Assembly: GCA_002402995.1 (NCBI GenBank)
Contig: DHGX01000001.1
Span: 151,073-215,072 of the forward strand
Direction: 5' to 3'
Length of the DNA stretch: 64,000 nucleotides
From: Patescibacteria group bacterium UBA4787
GTDB taxonomy: Bacteria; Patescibacteriota; Patescibacteriia; UBA2591; UBA4787
Shown one piece after another: positions 46,409 through 56,113 of this stretch. Under the pieces are notes generated by a model. It had not been told where the DNA came from. It did not search any database and saw only the letters and a list, made by a program, of their open reading frames with translations. The position numbers were made by a program, and so were the translations under genes. Within the stretch, counting starts at the first letter, position 1. Every line of letters starts with the position of its first letter.

Positions 46409-48436
46409 ATGTGCGGGATTTTCGGTGTTATCACAAATAAAAATTCAAGTATTTCTTCCGATAATTGCGAAAAGATCATCGGTAGGTTATTTGAATTATC
46501 GGAATCTCGTGGGAAAGAAGCTTCCGGGATCGCAGCTTTCTTAGACAATGAAATCAGGATTTATAAAGAACCGCTTTCCGCTTCGGTGCTAATGCAAACC
46601 AAAAATTATAAAAATTTATTTAATAAAAATAGAATAGATTCTCTTAGTAATAAAGATAAAAGCTTTATTGCTATCGGTCATACACGCCTGGTAACCAACG
46701 GAGTATTGGGTGTTAATGACAATAATCAACCGATTGTTAAAGACGGTTTAGTGGGCGTGCACAACGGTATTATCGTTAACGACGTGGATCTTTGGAAAAA
46801 GTTTCCCTCACTGAAAAGGCGTTATGAAGTTGACACAGAAGTCATTTTAACGCTTATTAGAAAATTCTTAAATGAAGGAATGTCTTTAATTGGGGCGGTA
46901 CAAGAAGCATTTGATTTGATCGACGGCTCTGCTTCAGTGGCTGTTTTATTCAATGATCGCCCAATCATTCTTTTGGCTACTAATACTGGATCTTTGTATG
47001 TTTATCGCAATTCAATAAAAAATATTATCATTTTTGCTTCCGAAAAATATATTTTAAAAAAGCTAATCAGTAAATTCGAAAATTTTTTAAGCGACGGGGA
47101 TCTTTTCCAGGTACATGCCGGAGAGGGCTACTTAATTGATAAAACAGATCTGAAGACAGCCAAATTTTTATTGGCTGGCGATATTTCCGAGAAAGAGAGA
47201 ATAGAAGAAGGTAATATTTTAATAAACCCCAATAACATTATTGATCTGTCATCTTATGAACTTTCTGTCCCAGATGTTCCGGAAATTCAAAATAATTTAA
47301 ATATTATTAAAACATATTCTAATCTTTTTCCTCGCTACGAACAGGCCATTAATGGATTAAGACGCTGCACAAAATGTATTCTTCCGGAGACTTTTCCTTT
47401 TATTAGCTTTGATGAAAAAGGGGTTTGTAATTACTGCCATTCTTACAAAAAGAATGAGCTAAAAGGAGAAGATACATTTCATCAGATAGCTAAACATTAT
47501 AGAAGAAAAAACGACGAACCGGATTGTTTGGTGCCATTTAGCGGCGGACGCGATAGTAGTTACGGACTGCATTATATTAAGAAGGTTTTGAAAATGAATC
47601 CCGTGTCTTATTCTTATGACTGGGGAATGATTACGGACGTTGGAAGAAGGAATCAGGCGAGAATGTGCGCTGAGCTGGGGATTGAGCATATTTTGGTTTC
47701 TGCCGATATCCGCCGAAAAAGAGAAAATATTAGGAAAAATGTAATCGCCTGGCTTAAGCGCCCAGCCTTGGGTATGATTCCTTTATTTATGGCCGGCGAT
47801 AAGCAATATTTCTATTATGCCAATCAGATTAAAAAACAAATGGGTCTTGAGCTTATAATTATGTGCGAAAACGCGCTTGAAAGGACTAATTTTAAGCATG
47901 GGTTTTGCGGCGTCAGACATGCTCGTTCAGACGTTTCCCAATACTTTATGTCATTGTCTGATAAATTAAAATTGGCCGAATATTATGCCGGACAATTTTT
48001 TAAAAATCCCGCATATTTAAATTCTACGACAGTAGATGCTATTTTTGGCTTCATTTCATATTTTTTCATATCGCACAATTATTTATATCCATATCAATTT
48101 ATAAAATGGGACGAAAAAGAAATAATATCTACCCTTGTTGATAATTATGGATGGGAATTCGCGCCGGATAAAAAAATTAGTTGGCGCAACGATGATGGCA
48201 CGGCCCCTTTTTATAATTATATTTATTACAAGGTGGCTGGATTTACGGAAAATGACACCTTTCGCAGTAATCAGATAAGAGAAGAGATGATCTCTCGAGA
48301 AGAGGCATTGGTATTGGCGCGAGACGAAAATCAGCCGCGCCTTGAAGCGATTAAATGGTATTGCGATACGATTGGACTTAATTTCGAGGAAGTTTTAAAG
48401 ATAATAAATTCTATTCCTAATCTTTATAGGTTCTAA
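46409..48436 (+). CDS. fusion of a class-II (Ntn) glutamine amidotransferase domain to a Zn-ribbon/PP-loop N-acetyl-sugar amidotransferase domain
   Basis: The N-terminus MCGIFGV has the Cys2 nucleophile of GATase-2/AsnB-like enzymes. The C-terminal half has CTKCILPETFP...CNYCHSYKK followed by the PP-loop FSGGRDSSY. Its tail (WRNDDGTAPFYNYI...GFTENDTFRSNQIR...KWYCDTIGL) is paralogous to 54217..55305. Confidence 0.6.
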   Translation: MCGIFGVITNKNSSISSDNCEKIIGRLFELSESRGKEASGIAAFLDNEIRIYKEPLSASVLMQTKNYKNLFNKNRIDSLSNKDKSFIAIGHTRLVTNGVLGVNDNNQPIVKDGLVGVHNGIIVNDVDLWKKFPSLKRRYEVDTEVILTLIRKFLNEGMSLIGAVQEAFDLIDGSASVAVLFNDRPIILLATNTGSLYVYRNSIKNIIIFASEKYILKKLISKFENFLSDGDLFQVHAGEGYLIDKTDLKTAKFLLAGDISEKERIEEGNILINPNNIIDLSSYELSVPDVPEIQNNLNIIKTYSNLFPRYEQAINGLRRCTKCILPETFPFISFDEKGVCNYCHSYKKNELKGEDTFHQIAKHYRRKNDEPDCLVPFSGGRDSSYGLHYIKKVLKMNPVSYSYDWGMITDVGRRNQARMCAELGIEHILVSADIRRKRENIRKNVIAWLKRPALGMIPLFMAGDKQYFYYANQIKKQMGLELIIMCENALERTNFKHGFCGVRHARSDVSQYFMSLSDKLKLAEYYAGQFFKNPAYLNSTTVDAIFGFISYFFISHNYLYPYQFIKWDEKEIISTLVDNYGWEFAPDKKISWRNDDGTAPFYNYIYYKVAGFTENDTFRSNQIREEMISREEALVLARDENQPRLEAIKWYCDTIGLNFEEVLKIINSIPNLYRF

Positions 48437-48448
48437 ACAGTTATTTAT

Positions 48449-48991
48449 ATGCAAAAACAAGAAGAAAAAAAATTAGATTCCATTGGTCGTTTACTTGAAA
48501 AAAATAGAATTAAAAATGTTTTGCCTTTTATTAAAGGAAGATTATTGGATATTGGGTGTGGAATGAATAATTTAGTAAGAATTTACGGCAATGGCGTGGG
48601 AGTCGATGTCTTTGATTGGGGGAGAGCTGATTTGGTGGTTTCTGATACGTCTAAGCTTCCTTTTAAAGATAACGAATTTGATACAATAACATTACTTGCC
48701 GCTATTAATCATATTCCCAATCGAATAGAGGTTCTGAAAGAATGTCGTCGTGTTCTAAAAAACGACGGCTTATTGGTTATAACGACGATCCCACCTTTTG
48801 TTTCAAGGTTCTGGCATTTTTTACGATCGCCATGGGATCTAGATCAAAAAGAAAGAGGGATGGCAGAAGGAGAAGTTTATGGATTTAACAAAAAAGATTT
48901 AATCAATTTGGTGCAAAACGAAGGATTCAGGCTGGTCGGTTATAAGAGGTTTACGATTGTTAACTCAATATCTATCTTTAAGAAATTTTAA
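48449..48991 (+). CDS. class I SAM-dependent methyltransferase
   Basis: Motif I LLDIGCGMNNL is present, and a Methyltransf_11-like fold follows. Confidence 0.55.
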   Translation: MQKQEEKKLDSIGRLLEKNRIKNVLPFIKGRLLDIGCGMNNLVRIYGNGVGVDVFDWGRADLVVSDTSKLPFKDNEFDTITLLAAINHIPNRIEVLKECRRVLKNDGLLVITTIPPFVSRFWHFLRSPWDLDQKERGMAEGEVYGFNKKDLINLVQNEGFRLVGYKRFTIVNSISIFKKF

Positions 48992-49183
48992 TAATTTATT
49001 CCAATAATTATCTGTTTGCGTCGAGAATTGATATGGGCCTAAAGCCTGGCTACCTGCGAGCAATTTGTTCAAGTAAATTATTTTTTATTTAACAAGTTGT
49101 CAAATTAAAAACCCTAATCTGCCAGAATAATCTGGACTTAATTGGTATTATGTGTATAATTTATAAAAGTTAAAAAAGAAATT

Positions 49184-50131
49184 ATGTTCAAAGATAATAA
49201 AATCTCAGTCGTTATACCCGCTTATAATGTAGAAAAATTAATCGGCAGAGTTATTTTAACTATGCCGAATTTTATAGACAAGATGGTGGTGGTTGATGAT
49301 AACAGCACTGATAAAACTAATGAAGTGGTTCAAGGTCTTCAAGGAAACAACAAAAAAATTATTTTAATTAAACACGACAAAAATCAGGGTGTCGGTGGTG
49401 CTATTGCCACGGGTTATAAATGGTCGCGGGATAATGATTTCGATGTCGCCATAGTTATGGCTGGTGATGCTCAAATGGATCCAGATGACCTCCCGCGATT
49501 ATTAGAACCGGTCGTCGGTGGGGAGGTGGAGTACAGCAAAGGCAATCGTCTATCTACAGGAGAAGCTTTTAAAAAAATACCCAGAATTAAATACTTTGGC
49601 AATTCTATCCTTTCGTTTTTGACCAAAATCGCTTCGGGTTATTGGCACGTTACTGATTCCCAGAGTGGTTATACTGCTATTAACAAAAAGGCGTTGAAGA
49701 CCATCGATTGGGCGGAAATGTATAAGCGATATGGTCAACCCAACGACCTACTGGTCAGATTAAATGTTTATAATTTTAAAGTCAGAGATGTGGCTATTAA
49801 CCCGATTTATAATATTGGAGAAAAGTCGGGTATCAAGTTGCGAAGAGAAATTTTTACCATTAGCTGGCTTTTGCTCAAATTATTTATTTGGCGTCTTAGG
49901 GAAAAATATATTATTCGTGATTTTCATCCTTTAGTATTTTTCTACTTTTTGAGCGGTTTATTATCATGCGCGACCGTATTTTTCGTAGTAAGATTGGCTT
50001 GCTTGTGGATTAAAAACGGATATGTTCCGCCGACTACCGCTCTTGTTCTGGTTTTTTGTGCTGTGATGGCCATGCAATCCGGATTTTTTGCTATGTGGTT
50101 TGACATGGAATCAAATAAAAATTTGAAATGA
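49184..50131 (+). CDS. GT2 polyprenol-phosphate glycosyltransferase with C-terminal TM helices (ArnC/GtrB-like)
   Basis: ISVVIPAYNVEK...VVVDDNSTDKT and ...MAGDAQMDP (DxD) are present. Two C-terminal TM helices follow. Confidence 0.7.
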   Translation: MFKDNKISVVIPAYNVEKLIGRVILTMPNFIDKMVVVDDNSTDKTNEVVQGLQGNNKKIILIKHDKNQGVGGAIATGYKWSRDNDFDVAIVMAGDAQMDPDDLPRLLEPVVGGEVEYSKGNRLSTGEAFKKIPRIKYFGNSILSFLTKIASGYWHVTDSQSGYTAINKKALKTIDWAEMYKRYGQPNDLLVRLNVYNFKVRDVAINPIYNIGEKSGIKLRREIFTISWLLLKLFIWRLREKYIIRDFHPLVFFYFLSGLLSCATVFFVVRLACLWIKNGYVPPTTALVLVFCAVMAMQSGFFAMWFDMESNKNLK

Positions 50132-50916
50132 TAGGTTTCGCCCTGCAAACATATACACACTATTTAAGAGCCATAAAGTCTAGTTATCAAAATATATTTA
50201 GGTTTGACGAGTATTTTTTATTAGAGGAAAAACCAGAAAATTTTTGTTTAATCAGGCACGATATTGACAGAAATCCTCGAAATGCCCTTCTAATGGCTGA
50301 GGTCGAAAATAAATTTGGCATTCAGGCTAGTTATTATTTCAGAACCAAACGAATATCTTTTAAGCCCGATATTATTACAAAGATATCAGCTCTAGGCCAT
50401 GAAATAGGTTATCACTATGAATCATTCTCGGATATGGATGGCAATTCAGTTGCGGCATTATTGGATTTCGGGAATAATTTAAAAAAGATTAGAAGGATTG
50501 CACCTGTTAAGACGATATCAATGCACGGTCGGCCATTAAGCCGATTTGATAATCGCGATCTATGGCGTGATTCATTAAATCACTCTTTATTAAAAGACAA
50601 ATTCAACATTTTGGGAGAAATTTATTTAGATATCGATTATACAGACATTGCCTATATTAATGATACTGGAAGAAACTGGTATTCCGACAAATCAAACTTG
50701 AGAGATCGTGTTGATTCTAAAATTAAGATTAATTTCAAAAATAATAATGAATTGTTGGAGTATTTGAGGAACAAGCCACATTCAAAATTAGTTTTTCAAA
50801 TACATCCCGAAAGGTGGAGCAACAACTTAATTGACTGGGTCTATCGGTTTATTGTTGATAATATAGTTCGTTGTCTTAAGGATGTTGTTCGCATTCTGAA
50901 TCAAGGACAAAAATAA
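50128..50916 (+). CDS. ArnD-like polysaccharide deacetylase/deformylase family protein
   Basis: LIRHDIDRNPRNALLMAEVENKFGIQASYYF parallels the ArnD N-terminal motif (RIDVDTFRG...ASFFF). It is translationally coupled to the GT2 gene by an ATGA overlap. Confidence 0.5.
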   Translation: MIGFALQTYTHYLRAIKSSYQNIFRFDEYFLLEEKPENFCLIRHDIDRNPRNALLMAEVENKFGIQASYYFRTKRISFKPDIITKISALGHEIGYHYESFSDMDGNSVAALLDFGNNLKKIRRIAPVKTISMHGRPLSRFDNRDLWRDSLNHSLLKDKFNILGEIYLDIDYTDIAYINDTGRNWYSDKSNLRDRVDSKIKINFKNNNELLEYLRNKPHSKLVFQIHPERWSNNLIDWVYRFIVDNIVRCLKDVVRILNQGQK

Positions 50917-50927
50917 TTTAATTAAAA

Positions 50928-51968
50928 ATGATTGTCAAGTTTTTAGAAAATATCACTCCAAATATCTATAAAGCTATAAAAGGTTTAGAAGGAGTTACAA
51001 TATACCACACAAAAGAATGGCATAATTTTTTGCATAGAACTTTCAATTGGTCGACAAAAGCCATTATTGGTTTAGCGGAAAACGGTGAACTAATTTTCTT
51101 TTTACCTTTTATCTCTAAATGTAGAACAGATTTTAAAAAACATAATATTTCTCTTCCTTTGAGCCACAAGGTCGGTCTAGCGGTTAGAAAAGATTATTTT
51201 CCGAATATAGATTGCATCATCTCGGAAATCAAAAAAATTTTAAATGATATCGAAATACATATAGAAATAAATAGCCCCGACATGGAAATCATTTATTTAT
51301 ACGACGAAACGATACTTGATTTGACCAAATACAAAAATATAGACGAATTATATAGAAATTTGGACTACACGAGCATTCGTTATAGAATTAATAGGGCGAA
51401 AAAAAATAATATAATAATTTCTAATGAATTATCCGAAGAAAATTTTGAGTATTTTTATCGACTAGAGGTTGAAACTAGGATAAGACAAGGAAGTCCAATT
51501 TATCCTAGGAGCTTTTTTAAAAATCTATTATCGTGCCTGAAAGATACTGGATGGTTGTCTATATATATAGCATTTTATAATCGAAAGCCCATATCAGGTT
51601 CCATATTTTTGCATTTTCAAAATCACTCAATTTATGCCTATTCGGCGTCAGTGACAAAAAAAGAAATTAAAAAAATAGGAGCAAATGAATTAATTTTATG
51701 GTCAGGAATTTTAGAGTCTTATTCATTGGGGAAGCAATATTTTGATTTTGGCACGTCTTCTATAGCCCTTCCCAAGTTAAGATTATTTAAGGAAAAATGG
51801 GGCGGAAAGAGTAGGCCGCTTTTATATTCTTATTATACAAAAGGACGCCAGCCTAAGATAATAAGTAGAAGTAGTATAGGCACGAAAATAGCCTCTGTAT
51901 TATTAAAATGGATGCCAAAATCTATTTTTAAAGTCATAGGTCCGTGTTTGTTAAAATTAATAGTGTGA
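50928..51968 (+). CDS. FemAB-like / GNAT-fold (Acetyltransf_6-like) acyl- or aminoacyl-transferase
   Basis: The HTKEWHNFL ... GSIFLHFQNHSIYAYSAS ... ELILWSG pattern resembles the FemX/BioF2-like family. Confidence 0.4.
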   Translation: MIVKFLENITPNIYKAIKGLEGVTIYHTKEWHNFLHRTFNWSTKAIIGLAENGELIFFLPFISKCRTDFKKHNISLPLSHKVGLAVRKDYFPNIDCIISEIKKILNDIEIHIEINSPDMEIIYLYDETILDLTKYKNIDELYRNLDYTSIRYRINRAKKNNIIISNELSEENFEYFYRLEVETRIRQGSPIYPRSFFKNLLSCLKDTGWLSIYIAFYNRKPISGSIFLHFQNHSIYAYSASVTKKEIKKIGANELILWSGILESYSLGKQYFDFGTSSIALPKLRLFKEKWGGKSRPLLYSYYTKGRQPKIISRSSIGTKIASVLLKWMPKSIFKVIGPCLLKLIV

Positions 51969-51994
51969 TTTTTAAAAATCTAAAAGAGGAGATA

Positions 51995-52747
51995 ATGAAC
52001 GAACAAGGCAAACAACAAAAAGCTTTTGACAAATCTATAGGAGCGTATGAATATAAAATGAATTATACTTTTACGGGTATGATCCATCATATTATTAAGG
52101 AAGAAAGTATTAAATTGCTTGATCCACGAGCCGGAGAAAAAATATTAGATATTGGATGCGGATGTGGCGAAATAGCCATAATGGCGGCTGAAAAAGGCGC
52201 AATTGTAAGGGCTTTTGATATTTCTAACGAAAGAATCGCTTTAGCAAAAAAAAGAGCAGAAAACAAGGATTTGGACGTTTCGTTTTATGTTGGCGACTCT
52301 CAAAAAATAAATGAAGAAGAATCTTCTTTTGACAAAGTAATGTGTATCAATGTTGTACACCGTCTTTCTGATCCCGCAAAATGTTTATCAGGCATTTTTA
52401 AAAGTTTGAAGAAGGACGGTTTATTGATTATATTCACAATGAATAATTATTCCCCGCAATTTTTCTTGGTTAAATTTTATTCTAAGATAAGAGATATGAT
52501 TAAAAAACCGCTTTCAGATATAGTCGCGAAAAAGGGGTTTACCTCTTCTCAAATTAGAAATTTACTAGAGAAAAATGGTTTTCGAGTTATTTCTTTAACC
52601 ACAGATATTTTTTGTTTCCCATATTTTCCGACATATTGCCCAAAAATTGTTAATTGGTTTTTAAAAAAGATGGATTGTCTCTTCAAAAAAACACCTCTTG
52701 TTAACAAATTAGGCGCTTTAATAAAAATTGAGGTAATCAAAAAATAA
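51995..52747 (+). CDS. class I SAM-dependent methyltransferase (start moved to the Met preceded by AGGAG)
   Basis: Motif I ILDIGCGCGEIA is present. A strong Shine-Dalgarno aaagaggag lies 6 nt upstream of the ATG at 51995. The track ORF starts earlier, at 51944. Confidence 0.6.
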   Translation: MNEQGKQQKAFDKSIGAYEYKMNYTFTGMIHHIIKEESIKLLDPRAGEKILDIGCGCGEIAIMAAEKGAIVRAFDISNERIALAKKRAENKDLDVSFYVGDSQKINEEESSFDKVMCINVVHRLSDPAKCLSGIFKSLKKDGLLIIFTMNNYSPQFFLVKFYSKIRDMIKKPLSDIVAKKGFTSSQIRNLLEKNGFRVISLTTDIFCFPYFPTYCPKIVNWFLKKMDCLFKKTPLVNKLGALIKIEVIKK

Positions 52748-52751
52748 AAAA

Positions 52752-54188
52752 ATGACTAAAATCCTTATCATAGGTCTTACTGCTGGCCCGGCAGGTTTGA
52801 TGGAGCGACAAGCAGGGAATATGGCCATATTTATCTCTACACTTAAGATATTAAAAGATGTAATTCCTGATGTGCAAATTTCAACTAGTTTACAATTGTC
52901 AGAGGATTTTTGTAATCGTTACGGGCTCGTAAGTTTAAAGCACAGATCGTTTTATGAACCGAATTTTCGTTCCGGTTTAATATCGTTATTGGATTATATG
53001 CGAAGTGGCTTATGGTATTTTTTCAAAAAGAAAATTAAACTAGATGTTAAATTTTTAATAAAAGGAGTCAGACTGAAGGAGCTTATAAGATCGGATATGA
53101 TTATTGATTTTAGCGGAGACATGTATGGAGATAATGGCCACCCTCTCCATCTATTAAAGCATTCGTTAGACATGTTAACAGCCAGACTATTAGAAAAGCC
53201 TGTTTTTATGTTTGCCCAGTCGCCGGGACCATTTACAAAAAAGCTCAGACTATTTTTCGCAAAATATGTTTTAAATAAAGTATCTTTGATTACTACCAGG
53301 GAGCCGTGGAGTTATGAGATTCTAAAGCGCAGCGGTATTAATAAGGCGCTAATTATTAAAACCGCCTGTCCTGCATTCTTGTTACCGTCCTCATCCAAAG
53401 AAAAAATAGAAAAAATCCTCAAAGAAGAAAGTATTAAGGTAAATTTTCCGCTAGTCGGAATAAATATATGTGGATGGAATTTTATTCATGACAGATACAA
53501 AGAGCACAGAGAAGATAAAGAATTGATGCCCTTAGTTGTCGTTATTAAATATTTGTTGGAAAAATTAAAAATAAACGTACTTTTAATCCCCCATGTTTTT
53601 CGCACAGATAAATCTGGAAAATTAATTCACGGACCAGACACAAAAATAATAGAACAACTTTATCGAATATTAGATAATGATAGGAGTAGATACGGAGATA
53701 GACTTAAAATATTAAAGGGAATTTATGAGTCATCCGAGATAAAAGGAATAATAGGACGGTGTAATTTATTTATTAGCGGAAGGATACATGCTGGTGTTGC
53801 CGCATTATCACAAAATATTCCAACCATATTATTGGCTTATGCTTATAAGCATTATGGATTTGCCAGATTGGTTGGCCAAGAAAGATATGTTTCTAATAAT
53901 TTTGGCGGGAAAATAAACGCCCAAGACGTTATTTCTAAAATAGAAGATGTTTGGAATAATAAAGAAAAAATATCTTTAGAAATAAAAAACAAGATGCCGA
54001 GAGTAAGACAACTTGTTTTACTTAATGCCACCATCACCAAAGAAATAATAGATTTAATTAAAAGGGGCGAGAAAAGTATACCCTCCGAAACAATAAATTC
54101 ATGGCTTGAGAGAGGAGATCAAGAAGGTGTCGGTTCATATTTTGACGAAACAATAAAGAGGATAGATGAAATCCCCGAACTTTATTAA
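52752..54188 (+). CDS. polysaccharide pyruvyl transferase family protein (CsaB/WcaK-like)
   Basis: An N-terminal ILIIGLTAG...GNMAI region and the C-terminal LFISGRIHAGVAALSQNIPTILLAYAYK both match pyruvyl-transferase motifs. Confidence 0.45.
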   Translation: MTKILIIGLTAGPAGLMERQAGNMAIFISTLKILKDVIPDVQISTSLQLSEDFCNRYGLVSLKHRSFYEPNFRSGLISLLDYMRSGLWYFFKKKIKLDVKFLIKGVRLKELIRSDMIIDFSGDMYGDNGHPLHLLKHSLDMLTARLLEKPVFMFAQSPGPFTKKLRLFFAKYVLNKVSLITTREPWSYEILKRSGINKALIIKTACPAFLLPSSSKEKIEKILKEESIKVNFPLVGINICGWNFIHDRYKEHREDKELMPLVVVIKYLLEKLKINVLLIPHVFRTDKSGKLIHGPDTKIIEQLYRILDNDRSRYGDRLKILKGIYESSEIKGIIGRCNLFISGRIHAGVAALSQNIPTILLAYAYKHYGFARLVGQERYVSNNFGGKINAQDVISKIEDVWNNKEKISLEIKNKMPRVRQLVLLNATITKEIIDLIKRGEKSIPSETINSWLERGDQEGVGSYFDETIKRIDEIPELY

Positions 54189-54216
54189 TATTTAGTTCAT
54201 AACAAAGTAAAATATT

Positions 54217-55305
54217 ATGAAAATTTGTAGTAAATGTATCTTGCCAGAGTCTTTTCCCATGATTAGGTTTGATAAGAATGGAGTTTGTAATTATTGCCTC
54301 GATTATAAAAAAATTATTGTTAAGGGGGGGGACGAATTAGAAAAGATTTTAAATAAATTTCGAAATCAAGGCTGTGATTTTGACTGTGTTGTTGGATCTG
54401 GCGGAGGCAGAGATAGCGCATATGTGATACACCAATTAGTAAAAAAATATAAAATGCGAGTTTTGATGTTCACTTATGATTGGGGATTAATGACACCAGA
54501 AGCACATAGAAATCTGGAGCGAATTTCTAAAATTTTAAATATAAAACACGTTATCATCAGACCTAACGCCGAAAAGATAAAAAAACACATATCTATTAAT
54601 ATAAAAGTGTGGCTTAGGAGGCCGCAGCTTGGTATGATACCCGTTTTTACAATGGCTGATAAAGCGATGGGGGTTCAGATGAATAAAGTTGCTAGAAAAT
54701 ACGGAATTAAATTAATAGTGAGCGGAACTAATCGTTATGAAACAACGCATTTCAAAACCGCCTTTTGTGGTATCAACGAAACAAGGCTTGGCGGAATGAC
54801 TTCGGCTCAACTCGCGAATATAGATAAAATAAAATTATTATTTTTTTATTTTTCTCAATACATTAAAAATCCAAGATATATTAACTCTTCGCTTGTCGAG
54901 ATGATAAAATCGTTTTTTTATCACTATTTCGCCAACCATTCAAAGGATATAATTAAAATATTCTTTTATGATTATATCATGTGGGACGAAAACACGGTTT
55001 TATCTATCATAAGAAAAGATTTAAATTGGGAAGCTCCCAAAGATACAACCATGACATGGCGAACCGACGATGGTACGGCAGCTTTTTATAATTATATTTG
55101 TTATATGGTGGCTGGTTTTACTGAAAACGACACATTCAGAGGCAACCAAATTCGCCAAGGAATTCTTACCAGAGAAGAGGTTTTTATATTATTAAAAGAA
55201 GAAAATAAGCCTAGATTTGAATCCATAAAATGGTATTGTGATACTATTGGTATTGATTTTGAAAGCACAATAAAAACAATAAATGAAATATCAAAATTTT
55301 ACTAA
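54217..55305 (+). CDS. PP-loop N-acetyl-sugar amidotransferase (stand-alone paralog of the C-terminal half of 46409..48436)
   Basis: The zinc ribbon CSKCILPESFP...CNYCLDYKK is present. The PP-loop is GSGGGRDSAY. The C-terminus WRTDDGTAAFYNYI...GFTENDTFRGNQIR...KWYCDTIGI is shared with the fusion protein. Confidence 0.55.
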   Translation: MKICSKCILPESFPMIRFDKNGVCNYCLDYKKIIVKGGDELEKILNKFRNQGCDFDCVVGSGGGRDSAYVIHQLVKKYKMRVLMFTYDWGLMTPEAHRNLERISKILNIKHVIIRPNAEKIKKHISINIKVWLRRPQLGMIPVFTMADKAMGVQMNKVARKYGIKLIVSGTNRYETTHFKTAFCGINETRLGGMTSAQLANIDKIKLLFFYFSQYIKNPRYINSSLVEMIKSFFYHYFANHSKDIIKIFFYDYIMWDENTVLSIIRKDLNWEAPKDTTMTWRTDDGTAAFYNYICYMVAGFTENDTFRGNQIRQGILTREEVFILLKEENKPRFESIKWYCDTIGIDFESTIKTINEISKFY

Positions 55306-55360
55306 ATTTAAAAAATATAGAATAGCGTCGGACATATCATAGCGCAAAATAAACAGGTTT

Positions 55361-55990
55361 ATGGATAAATTTAATCTAAAAAATTTAAATACCAATAGGC
55401 GCTGGGATTATCATACACAAGAATACCACAGTGGCAATCCAATAACCCAATTCCTTTTTAATTTTTTTTATAAAAAACTAGAAGAAGCCCTAATGGTGCT
55501 TAAGAGTGGCGACAAAATACTTGAAGTGGGTTGTGGAGCAGGAGAGTCTTCTTTGAGAATAAAGCGTATGCTTAAGGATCAATATTTTGAGGTATCAGAT
55601 ATAGACGAGTACTATATTAACAAATTAAAAGATAAAAATTTTTCTTTACCGGTATCTCAAGAGTCTGTTTATGATTTAAAAAGGGGCGATAACGAATTCG
55701 ACTGCATTTTATTTTTAGAAGTTTTGGAGCATCTCAAAAATCCAGAGTGCGCACTCCAAGAATTATTTAGAGTCTCCAGAAAATATGTTATTCTCTCTGT
55801 TCCCAACGAACCACTTTGGCGATTTTTAAATTTATTAAGAGGAAAATTTATCACTTCCCTGGGTAACACGCCCGCTCACGTTAATCACTGGTCGGTAAGC
55901 GAAATAAGCGATCTTGTTTCTCGGCACGGTAAGATTATTAAATTATATAAACCCATTCCGTGGATTATTATTATTGCAGAAAAGGAATAA
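55361..55990 (+). CDS. class I SAM-dependent methyltransferase
   Basis: Motif I ILEVGCGAGESS is present, and ILFLEVLEHL follows. Confidence 0.55.
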   Translation: MDKFNLKNLNTNRRWDYHTQEYHSGNPITQFLFNFFYKKLEEALMVLKSGDKILEVGCGAGESSLRIKRMLKDQYFEVSDIDEYYINKLKDKNFSLPVSQESVYDLKRGDNEFDCILFLEVLEHLKNPECALQELFRVSRKYVILSVPNEPLWRFLNLLRGKFITSLGNTPAHVNHWSVSEISDLVSRHGKIIKLYKPIPWIIIIAEKE

Positions 55991-56113
55991 AATAGATTCA
56001 TTTTAAGGGTTTTTACTCAATGAATAATTAAAAAATTTTAATAACAGTAAGATAGAAGACGTAGACTTAATCAACAAACCATATATAATCTATAAGATAT
56101 TAAAAAGATAATT

